Shown here: one piece after another, positions 50,641-64,000 of the stretch
How positions within the stretch are numbered: the first letter of the stretch is position 1
How the letters are laid out: each line of letters starts with the position of its first letter
Origin: the human T2T-CHM13v2.0 reference genome, Homo sapiens
Reading direction: 5' to 3' (one strand)
NCBI RefSeq assembly: GCF_009914755.1
Contig: NC_060947.1
DNA length: 64,000 nt
The notes under the pieces: model-generated
What the model saw: the letters and a program-made list of their open reading frames with translations, nothing else
Told to the model about the DNA's origin: nothing
Databases searched by the model: none
Position numbers and translations under genes: made by a program

Positions 50641-52649
50641 GTCATTTTTTTAAAAAAAGTATTATACACCATGATCAAGTGGGATTTATCCCTGGGTGGC
50701 AAGAATGGTTCAACATTAAAATCAGTTAAGGAGGCATACCACATCAACAGAATGAAGGATAAAAATCACATGATCATTTCAATAGATACAGAAAAACATT
50801 TGCAAAAATACAACACACTTTCATGATAAAAACTCTCAACAAACTAGGAGTAGAGGGAATTTCCTCACCATAATAAATGCCATTCATGAAAATCCTACAG
50901 CTTGCATCATACTCAATAGTAACAGAGAGAAAGATTTACCTTTAAGATCAGGAACAAGGCAAGGATGCCCATGCTTGCTACTTCTATTCACCACAGTACT
51001 GGAAGTCCTAGCCAGAGCAATTAGGTAAGAAAGAGAAATAAAAAACATGATAACTAGAAAAGAAGAAAAATTATTTGTTTGCATATGAAACGATCTTACA
51101 TGCAGAAAGCCTTAAAGACTCCAAAGAAAGAAAAAAAAAAACAGAACTAATAAACTAATTCAGCAAAGTTGCAGGATACAAAATCAACATGTAAAAATCA
51201 GTTGCATTGTGTTTGTATACATTATCTATGCATAATGTTTCTAAATATTAACAGTGAAGAATCTGGAAAGTAAGAAAAGTTCATTTGCATTAGTATCAAA
51301 AAGAATAAAATACTTGAAGATGAAAGACATACAATCAAAACTATTAAACACTGATAAAAAAATTAAAACACAAATAAATGGAAAGATATCCTGTGCTCAT
51401 GGATAGGAAGAGTTGATAGTGTTAAAATGTCCATAGTATCCAAAGCTATCTATAAGTTCAATGCAGTTTCTATCAAAATTTTGATAGCATTTTTTTACAG
51501 AAATAGAAAAAAGCAAATCTAAAATTCATATGGAACCACAGATGACTCAAATAGCCAAATCAGTCTTGAAAAAGAATAACAAAGCTGGAGATAACACATG
51601 TCCTGATTTCAAAATATACTATAAAGCTATAGTAATTAAAACAGTGTGGTACTGGCATAAATACAGATATATAGCTCAATGAAACAGAATAGAGCCCAGA
51701 AGCAAACCCATGTACATATGATTAAGTGATCTTTGCTAAGGGTGGTAAGAATACATAGTAGGAAAAATATTGTCTTTTTGACAAATGGTGCTGGGAAAAC
51801 TGGATATGCACATGCAAAAGAATGAAATTGGAGACTTATGCCATACACAGACTCAACTAAAAATAGATTAAAGGCTTAAATGTAAGACCTAAAACTGTCA
51901 AACTCAGAAGAAAACATAGAAGAGCTTCATGACATTGGTCTCAGGAATGATTTCTTTGATATGGCACCCAAAGTAGAGGTAACAAAAGCAAAATAAACAA
52001 GGGGAACTACATTGAACTTAAAAGCTTCTGCAGAGTGAAGGAAACAACAGAGTGAAAAGGCAACCTATAAAATGGGAGAAAATATTTGCTAACCATACAT
52101 CAGATAAATGGTTAATATTCAAAATATAGAAAGATCTTCTACAACACAACATGAAAAAAAGATTTAAAAATGGGCAAAGGGCTTGAATAAACATTTATTC
52201 AAATAATACATACATTTGCCCAAGTCATATGAAAAGATGTGCAAAATTGCTAATCATCAGGGAAATACAAATCAAAACCACAATGAGATATTATCTCACA
52301 CCCGTTAAGATGGCTATTATAAAAACAAGCAAATAAACAAAAGATGACACATGCTGTTGGGGACGTGCAGAAAAGGGAACCCTTGCACAACCATAGGTAC
52401 AAATGTAAAATGGTTCAACCACTATGAAAAAAACGTACGGAGGGTCCTCAAAAAATTAAAAATAGACCTCGCCATATGATCTAGCAATCCCACTTCTGGG
52501 AATATATATTCCAAAGAATTGAAATCCGGCTTTTGAAGAGATAATTACAATTTATGTTCACTGCAGTATTACAATAGCAAAGATGTAGAAAAAACCTAAA
52601 TGCCCATTGATGATGAACAGATAATAAAATGAAGTATATACATAAAATA

Positions 52650-54923
<2,274 letters not shown>

Positions 54924-56119
54924 GCATCTTATTCAGCCTTAAAAAGAGAAGGAAATTCTACCATTTGCAACAACATGGATGAACCTTGAGAATATTATGC
55001 TAAGCAAAATTCGCCAATTATAGAAGGACAAATCCTGTATGATTCCACTAATATGAGGTGTCAAAAATTGCCAAACTCATAGAAGTAGAGAATAGAATGG
55101 TGGTCGCCAGGGCTGAGGAGACAGGGTAATCGAGAGTTGCTATTTAGCAAGTACAAGTTTCAGTTAGGCAAGATGAGTAAGTTCTGGAAATGTGCTGTAA
55201 AACATTGTGCCTATAATTAACAATTTTTAAGTATTATACACTTAAAAGTTTGTTAAAAGGATAGATCTCATGTTAAATATCTTACAACAATAAAAATAAA
55301 AGATTCATTTTTACTAAAACTTTTGAAAAATTACAAGTATTTTTCTTTAATTGTATATGTTATTCTATACCTATTAAAATATCTTTAAAAATGAAGGTAA
55401 AATGGAGACATTTTTAGGTACAAATCTGAAAGAATTAATCAGCAGCAGATCTGGACTATAACAAATGTTAATTGAAGGTTTTTTTGGCAGAAGGAAGATA
55501 GTAACAAATAGAAATATAAATCCACACGTCTCCCAGCGTAGTAAGGATTAAATGATATAAAACACGTAAGCTACTCAGACATTGCTTGGCACATTGGCAG
55601 TCCTTAATATTATCAATAATAGCAATTATTATTATTTAAGGGAATACAAACTAACCAGAGAGAAAGGCCAAGGAATAAAACTGGTCATGTAAGGAGGTGA
55701 AGTACTCCTAGTAAAAATCTCATGGATAGTGCTAATGGAAACTTACGAAGAAAGATAGTGGCAATAATCCAGTTCTCTTTCTGTTTGGTCCTAAGTTTGG
55801 GGAGGGACAATAGTGGGGAATTAGACATGATCCTAAAAAATGATTTGGTTATCTATAACAATGAAAAAGAGGCCCAATTCATATAGTGAAAAAATAGACA
55901 TATTACAACTGGCACAGTGAAGCATAGAATTCTTATATTTATTATATAGCATATAAAGCCTATCTTATTTCACTGTATATTCAAATAGAAGGAAAGCATT
56001 TTAAGGAAAAGAACACTTCAAAATTATGGTACTTCAAAAGATATAATGTGTTATATTAATATTGGTTATTAAATGTTCCAAGTATATGTCCAAAATAAAA
56101 TCATAGGCTGATTGTTTAA

Positions 56120-56790
56120 TATTTCAATATATTAATACAAAGCATTTCAAACATTCAAAAATATCAAAAGACTTGTAGAGTGAACACTCATATTTCTACC
56201 ACTCAGAATCTATAATTTACATTTTACTATCAGGTTTTATCACACATCTTTCCCTCTATTTATCCTTCTGCATACCCATACTTAATCTTATAATTTGAAT
56301 CCTTTCAAGGTATGTGGCAGACATTGGTCCATTCTCCCCTAAACGCTTCAGTCTGCATATATTTAATTAGATATCAATGCTTTACTTTTTGTTATTTTTT
56401 TTCCTTTTTAAGGTGAAGTGCTATTCTATAGCATGCATTGGCAAATGCATACAAGTATGTATTAAAATTTTGTTCTAGATACAGAGCATTACTATAATCC
56501 CTTAAATTTTCCTCTTGCACTTTTCCATTCTAACCATGCCCTGAACCCTACCAGAGGCAGTATTGTACTGACTTTTTTTGTTGTTCACTCTATATTTGAT
56601 TTACCTTACTTCAGCTATCACTTAAATGAAATTATACATTTCAATTTTTTTGTATAGCTTCTTTCATTTAGCATAATGTTTTTGGAAATTAACTCTGTTT
56701 TTGCACACATTCATTTTTTGTCCCTTTTCATTGCTGAGCAGTATTTCTTTGTGCAGCTATACCGTACTGTGCTTATTCACTCTCATGTTG
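56120..56790 (-). mobile_element. Ancient L1ME/MC 3' fragments
   Basis: TTCTTTCATTTAGCATAATGTTTTTGGAAATT...CCCTTTTCATTGCTGAGCAGTATTTC. Confidence 0.6.
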
Positions 56791-57989
56791 ATAGCAACAT
56801 GACTTACAATTGCGAATTGTTTAGGGAGCACTCTATAAAGTATTTTTCACCTCCATATTTTTTGTTTCCATCATATAGCAAAATTTGCCATGCAATGGTC
56901 AATTTAGATTTGCTGTTTTCTCACCATGATAGGGAAGGAAGCATGGGAGTTTTTGAGCTGCCCAGTTGAAATGTGTAGGATAGCCAACCTCTACAATGGC
57001 TTATCTAGCCAAAAATAAATTCTTTCAAGTTTTCCTGTCAGCAGAAAAATGTTTATGTTGTGGGAAAATGTCTCTATACAATTTGAATAGTAGTATTCTA
57101 TTATTGAATTTATCATTACAAATGAAGTTTTTCTAGCTTAGTTGAACAAAAAATAGGACACCACTAAAACAGAATGAAGGAGAAAAAGCATATTTGAATA
57201 TAAAGATAATGTATCAGAATTTAAGGGGTGTTATGTTTGAAATGTCTGTGGAATCTTAAAATAAGTCCTAAACATAGGTATGATATAGAATGATACTATT
57301 GTGCTTAGATCATTGGTGACATTAAGACATTGTTTTTTTGTAGAGTTTGGGGGTTCAGGAAGTGTGGACCACTTTCTGAAGACATTTGTGGTGATGAAAC
57401 AAGGAGAGAAATAGTAGTAGCTTGACGGATACCTTAGGTTAAAAGAGAATTTTACAAAAATAAAATGGGGTCTTTGATCATGATTGTAGACTAAGGAGAA
57501 GAATCTCCTGGGGGCTACAAGGAATATAATCACGAGAACAATGTGAATATTTAGCCTCTGAAAGAAAGATGGACCTCTTTTTTTTTTTTTTTTTTTGGAA
57601 AAAGGAAAGAATGTGGCCGTTTGCTTTTTACCTTATGTTTGTGTGAGATGATGATATTCGTTGTTGTTTATCAACCATTGACAATTGACAATTACCCTTC
57701 ACCTTTGCTATTTTATGTAGACAAATCAGCCCTCTATAGTGTTCCATCAGATTAATTAAACTAGAAAAAAAATCAACACACACATACACACACAAATACA
57801 GAAGATGGAAGAGAAGGAGTAGAGTTAAAAGTGTATTTGTGAGGCTTCCTTTATCTTACTGGATCTAGAGCACTTATATTAAACAAAACTGTGTGCTAAT
57901 ATGCTAGGTGCTAAGGATATATTGATGAATCAAATATGGTACCACATAATAACTATTGTTATACGAGTGCCTAGGAAGATTTTTGGGAT

Positions 57990-58783
57990 TGTATTAATCA
58001 TGATTCTGCAGAGAAACAACTAGTAGGAGATCTATCTATCTATCTATCTATGCTCATAATCAGATGAGCCAATATCTTATAATAAGTATCTTTATATATA
58101 TGCTATTTTAAAATAAAGATAGTTATTCTAAAGTATTTATATAGTATATCTTTATACATTTACTATACATATGAAAATAGTTATAACTATATATAAAGTT
58201 TGTATATATATAAAGAGTATATATAAAGTTCATAAACTATATATATATACTAACTATATAGATAGTTTATATATAAACTTTATATGTGCTATCTTTATAT
58301 ATGAAGATAGTCATAACTTTATATATACAGTATAAAGATAGTTATTATAAGGTATTGGCTCATCTGATTATGGAGTCTGAAATGTCCCCCAATCTGCAAT
58401 CTGTTGTCTGCAAGCTGGAGACCCAGGAAAGCCAGTGGTGTAATTTGAAGGCCTGAGCGCTGGACTGCCAATGGTATAGATTCCAGCCCAGGTCTAAAGG
58501 CCTGAGAATCAGGAGCGCTGAGGGCAGAAAAGCTATGTTTCGCCTGCAGTCGTCAGGCAGAGTTAATTTAACCTTCCTCTGCCTTTTTGTTCAATTCTGG
58601 CCCTCAACAGATTGGATGAAGCCTACCCACACTGGGAAGGGCATTCTGCTTAACTCTGTCCACCAATTCAAATGCTGATCTCTCCCAGAAATATCCCCAC
58701 AGCCACACCCCAAAATAATCTTTAATCAGCTATCTAGGCATTCCATGGCCCAGTCAAGTTGACACACAAAATTAACCATTACA
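57990..58783 (-). mobile_element. MLT2B-like ERVL LTR with expanded AT-rich interior
   Basis: GTCTGCAAGCTGGAGACCCAGGAAAGCCAGTGGTGTAATT...GGCCCAGTCAAGTTGACACACAAAATTAACCATTACA. Confidence 0.88.
58055..58372. repeat. Inverted repeat (42-bp arms, 40/42) around an AT-rich quasi-palindromic spacer
   Basis: 58055-58096 is the reverse complement of 58331-58372. Confidence 0.9.
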
Positions 58784-59567
58784 AAGAGCATAGCTAATAA
58801 ATACTGAATTATCTGAGGCAGGTCAGTAAGGGCTTTATAGGGAAGGTGAAGTGCTTCTCTGTGTGTTTTTGTTGTTGTTGTTGTTGTTTTGAGTCAGGTA
58901 CACCCTGGCTTCCAATAAAGCAGCAAGATTTTGCTAAACTGAAAACATATGATTGCTTCCTAATCTCCACAAAGCTCATTATAAAAGTTTTCCATCTCTA
59001 ATTGTTTATTGCTTTAAATGTACTTAATTTTTCCTCCTTTGACACAAGAAGTTAACATACATTTTCCCTAAGGTGTAAGAGATTGATAGTAACTCCTGAG
59101 CTATTATCACAGACATTGTTCTTTAAAACATTCTCTCAAATAATGAAATTTATGAGGTTTATGTCCTGTTACTTATTTTTATCAGTTCTCTAATGTTTGC
59201 GTCTTTCATTTCTATAGTCATACACATCAATTTAGTGTCATTGCAATGGAATCATTGAAAGAAGGCTTTTAGATTAAAGTAGACAATATGTTTAAGGTTG
59301 GCATTGGCTTCATAATAAACAATGTCTGTCATAAAACAAGAAAATTATTATGTCCTAGCTGTTGCTAACATAGTCAGATTTTAGTCATTTAAATGGCATG
59401 AATGTGCTTTGGAGGAATTATTGATGCCTCACTACATTGTGCAACATATTGTAGTCCATTGAAGGTTATGACATGCTCTTGAATTGAACAAGCACTTTAT
59501 TATGTTTATTCAATCAAAAATATTCCAATTCTAGAGGATCAGTGCAACATAAAGACTTCTGGAAATT

Positions 59568-59950
59568 TTGTTTTTTTAACTTTTATTTTAAGTTCAGGGG
59601 TACAAGTGCAGGTTCATTACATAGGTAAATTTGTGACATAGGTTTGTGGCACGGATTATTTTATCACACAGGTATTAAGCCTAATACCCATTAGTTATTT
59701 TTCCTGATCCTGTCCCTCCTCCCCTCTCCACCCTCTGAAAGGTCCCAGTGAGTGTTGTTCCCCTCTATGTGTCCATGTGTTCTCATCAGTTAGCTCCCAC
59801 TTATAAATGAGAACATGCATTATTTGGTTTTCTGTTCCTGTGTTAGTTTGCTAAGGATAATGGCCTATGGAGTAAAAGGAACACTTATACACTGTTGGTG
59901 GGCTTATAAATTAGTTCAGTCATTGTGGCAATTCCTCCAAAACCTAAAGA
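59568..59950 (-). mobile_element. L1PA10/11-like insertion with 5' inversion
   Basis: Antisense 3' end to ~59866, then sense ORF2 piece GGAACACTTATACACTGTTGGTGGG...; TSD TGGAAATT at 59560-59567 and 59951-59958. Confidence 0.82.
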
Positions 59951-60937
59951 TGGAAATTATTGAATCACAATTTGAAGATCAACTAGAAAAAGGTCAAGAG
60001 GAGAAAATAGGGAGGAAAAGTCAATAAAGATAGATAGTAACGGGGATGATATTGTTCTTTTAAAAATGTAAATCCCTATTCTTTTGATTTTTTTTTTTTT
60101 TCAGTTTTGGGGAGAGGTCACGTAACCTGACATAGAACACCTAGGCTAAGACAGAAGAGGCCATATTGTCAAAAAAACTCTTGATACTTTCATGAAATAC
60201 AAAAATTTACTTCTGGAAGTAGCTTGTTAGACACTTCCTTTTAACTTCTTTATAATATTTCAGAAATTTGCGAAGGTCAAAAAATATTGCTCTCTCCTGA
60301 CCTCATATTTATACTCATCATCAACCATTATGATAAATATATAAGAAAAATGTCTTCCTTGTTCTTAAAGCCTCAAAGCCTCAAATTGTTTTCTGATTAC
60401 ATCAATGCTTTTGAAAAAATTAGCATTGGATCATGGAGAGAGAGGCTGCAGTTCTGGTCCCAATGCCCCATTCCCTGGGTTAACTATGGTGCATCCCTCT
60501 GTTTCATTCTTAGGTCTACCTGGGAGACCTAAGAATTGTTTGGGCAGGGACATTTATTACATGTAAGTGATTTTGCTGGCTGTATATTTTCAAATTTTAT
60601 TCAGGGACTCTGAATCTAAACCATATGAATGTATCATATGGTTGTTCCTTGAATTGAGAAAAGACTGATTTTTCCTTCTCCATTCCTCAGAAGGAAAGCC
60701 CACTGGTTTTCAAAAAAGCCTGAGATTAACAGAAAATTCTTGTTCAAAAATTCACATTGGCTTTTCAGATCACAAGTGTCTAAGACAAAGAATATTTAAG
60801 AATTTGATTTTCTGCGAAGAAGGCATAGATGTGTTAAAAAAAAAGAATTCGACTTTCAATAACTCAATTAAAAGGATATATATAAAACCTTAACTAATCA
60901 AAATGATGGGGGAAAGTGGCTATAAAAATGTTTACTT

Positions 60938-61244
60938 GCTGGGTGCGGTGGCTCATGCTGAGGCCAAGTCAGGTAGATCACTTGAACTCAGGATGTTCGA
61001 GACAAGCCTGAGTAACATGGTGAAACCCCATTTCTACAAAAAATGCACAAATTAGCTGGGCATGGTGGCATGTGCCTGTAGTCCCAGCTACTTGGGGAGC
61101 TGACATGAGAGGATCACTGGAGCGGGGGATGTTGAGGTTGCAGTAAGCCGAGATCAGGCCACTGCATTCCAGCCTGGGTGATAGAGCCAGATCCTGTCTC
61201 AAATAAACAAACAAACAAACAAACAAACAAACCCACCCACCAGC
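60938..61244 (+). mobile_element. AluJ (Jb-like) with small left-arm deletion
   Basis: GAGAGGATCACTGGAGC J-type right arm; (AAAC)n tail; TSD AAAAA(C)TGTTTACTT. Confidence 0.88.
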
Positions 61245-61374
61245 AAAAACTGTTTACTTTTTTTGCCCCAGCATAAGTTATTCCTTAATTTTCCCTTAGT
61301 CTACAAGCTTTTTAGAAAATCTCCTGAAATGTATGAAATCAAGTTTTTTTCTTAATTTAAAGTTTCTAAAAGTT

Positions 61375-61865
61375 GATATTTAATAGTGGTACATATTTTG
61401 GAGGTACATGTTTTATTTTGATACATGTATACAATGTGTAATGATCAAATCAGGGTAATTGAAATATCCATTACCTCAAACATTTATCTTTCTTTTGTGT
61501 TGGGAACATGACAATACTTCTCTTCTAGTTATTTAAAAATATACAATAAATTATTGTTAGCTATAATTTTCCTACTGTACTATCAAATACTAGAATGTAT
61601 TCCTTCTATCTAACTGTATTTTTGTACCCATTAACCAACTTCTCTTCATCCCTCTTTTTTCTTCCCTTTACAGCCTGTGTGGTAATTACCATTCTACTCT
61701 ATACCTCCATGAGATCCATTGTTTTTTAGTTCCACCTATGAGTGAGCACATACAATATTTGTCTTTCTCTGCCTGGCTTATTTCCCTTAACATAATGACC
61801 TCCAGTTCCATCCATGTTGCTACAGATGACATAATTTCATTATTTTTATGGCCAAATAGAATTCC

Positions 61866-61915
<50 letters not shown>

Positions 61916-63005
61916 CACACAGTACATTCTCTTTATGCATTTATTCATTGATGGCCACTTAGATTGATTATATATTTTGGCTATTGTGAACAGTGCTGCA
62001 ATAAACGTGGGAGTGCAGATATCTCATTTTTATACCTATTTCCTTTCTTTTGGATATATACTCAATAGTGGAATTGCTGGATCACATAGTAGTTACATTT
62101 TCAGTTTTTGGAGGAATCTTTATATTGTTTTTCATCATGGCTGTACTAATTTACATTCCCACCAACAGTGCCTAAGAGTTCCCCTTTCTCCACATCCTTG
62201 CCAGCACTTGTTACCTTTTGTCTTTTTGATAATAGCTATTTTAGCTGAGGAGACTGATATTTCACACTTGATCTTAGCCAAAAGGCCGAGAAGCGATGAG
62301 ACTGATATTTCAATGTTGCCTTGATATACATTGCCCTAATGATAAATGATGGTGAGCATTTTTTCATGTACTTCTTGGCCATTTGTATATTTTCTTTTGA
62401 AAAATAACTGTTTGGTTTTTTTTTTTTTTTTGCCCATGTTCTAATTGGCTTACTTGAGGGTTTTTATTTTGCTATTGAGTTGTTTGAATTCCTTATATAT
62501 TATAGTTATTAATCTCTTACCAAATGGATAGTTTGCAAAATTTTTATCCCATTCTATAGGTCGTTTCTCTACCTTGTTGGTTGTTTCATTTGCTGTGCAG
62601 AAGCTTTTTAGCTTGATGTAATCCCATTTGTCTATTTTTGCTTTTATTGCATTTAGACTGCATTTCAGTCAGATATTATATTGTAAGTATAGGCTTTTGA
62701 GGTCTTGGCCAAAACATTTTTGCCCAGACCCACGTTACGTAGCATTTCCCAGATGTTTTCTTCTAATAGTTTTATAATTTTAGGCCTTACATTTAAGTCT
62801 TTAGTCCATTTTGAGTTGACTTTTATATACGGTAAAACATGGGGATCTAGCTTCATTCTTACGTATATGAATATCCATTTTTCCCAGCATCATGTATTAA
62901 AGGGACTCTTCTTTCCTCAATGTATGTTCTTGGCACCTTTGTAAAAAATGAGTTGGCTGTAACTGATTAGATTTATTTCTGGGTTCTCTATTCTGTTCCA
63001 CAGGT
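61375..63005 (-). mobile_element. L1MA4-like 3' part
   Basis: GATACATGTATACAATGTGTAATGATCAAATCAGGGTAATTG...; ORF 62665-62856(-) MKLDPHVLPYIKVNSKWTKDLNVR is L1 ORF2; contains (GT)n at ~61868-61912. Confidence 0.88.
62264..62297 (-). pseudogene. 3'-truncated, tailless U2 snRNA retropseudogene (U2 nt 1-34)
   Basis: Reverse complement reads ATCGCTTCTCGGCCTTTTGGCTAAGATCAAGTGT, the 5' end of U2; 15-bp TSD GAGACTGATATTTCA at 62250-62264 and 62298-62312. Confidence 0.95.
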
Positions 63006-63869
63006 CTGAAATCATTTTTCCTGGGATCAATATTATTTATTTGATTCTTGAGGATATTGTACCATTCTGATAGTCTATGGTTATTGACTAGGACAGAAAA
63101 CTAGAAAAGTGGTAGGTGTAGGATATGCCTCATACATAGTCTTAAAAATGTGCTTTTTGTAAATGATCAATGCAATTTCAAATATGAAACTGTCTTTTGA
63201 TCTATGACATCTGCCTAACTGTGGAGGCAGCAAAACAAAAGCTGATCAGTAAGTTTAACAGTCGTGGTACTGAACATCTTTTTCAAAATAATTACATGAT
63301 TTCTCTTGCTTTCCACTCGACAAACATCTCAACATTATCATTGCAACATAACATTCTGTTTGACCACAAAGGGGGGAAATCTTAACTGTCAGAAAGAAAA
63401 TAGAAATTAATTATGTACATAGGTCCCTGTTCAATTTATTCTGCCATAGATTAAAAGAAAAAAAAATCCATTAGAATAAAATACTAAACCCAAATACAAA
63501 TTATGACACCTTCTGCCACCTATTTTATATCCACTTAATGGTCTCTATTCCTGGTTGATGGAGAAATTTGGTGTTCTAATGAAGTAAGGGTTGTTTATGA
63601 ATACAATTAAACCATGGCGGAGACATGAGTGTGCATTTTATTATATATATCATGCTGGATGGCTTTACCATAATGTTACAGCTACCGAGAATTAATTCCA
63701 AGAGAAATAAAAGTTCTACAGTGCTCACTAGAGTCTGAACTTAAGTTTCTCCATTCATGTTGCTACCACATCTGCTTCCTGACATCACAGAGAATCATGA
63801 CATTGAGCCACTCAGCTGAGTGGAGATGTCCTGGAAGGACTTTAAAAAGTTGATATCCCCAAGGTGTAT

Positions 63870-64000
63870 TATATTGAGTGGTTTGTGACTCAGCTATGAC
63901 ATTAAGGAAATCTCATTGTTTTTGTTCCCTCATCTGTAAAATGAGGAGAGAATTGGCTGGCCTCAAAAACATTTTAGGGAAATTAATTCATTAACTAAGG
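63870..64000 (+). mobile_element. MIR fragment
   Basis: TTCCCTCATCTGTAAAATGAGG core. Confidence 0.55.

Noticed and set aside
63609-63628. Strong Kozak/YY1-like AAACCATGGCGG
   Set aside because: The ORF is only MAET-stop, and there is no CpG island or promoter context.

Overview
Primate (human-like) non-coding, AT-rich, CpG-poor genomic DNA, either deep intronic or intergenic. Most of it is interspersed repeats: Alu (Y/S/J/FLAM), L1 of many ages (L1PA2 to L1ME), L2, MIR, LTRs (MER11C solo LTR, MLT1, MLT2), and DNA transposons (HSMAR2, MADE1, MER2, Tigger3a, Charlie1, MER58, MER102). No functional protein-coding gene is supportable; nearly all longer ORFs in the track come from repeats or low-complexity sequence. 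I found no convincing new biological system. The most notable structures are retrotransposition and DNA-repair footprints readable from target-site duplications (TSDs): two probable L1 3' transductions (21.3-22.9 kb and 39.5-42.3 kb), two twin-primed 5'-inverted L1s, a tailless U2 snRNA retrocopy, an L1PB 5'UTR joined directly to its 3' end, a 1.28-kb pure pyrimidine tract grown out of an L2, and an AT-rich fold-back palindrome inside an MLT2 LTR. Two candidate non-coding exons are weak. Repeat subfamily names are from recalled consensus sequences, not a RepeatMasker run, and boundaries of old repeats are approximate.
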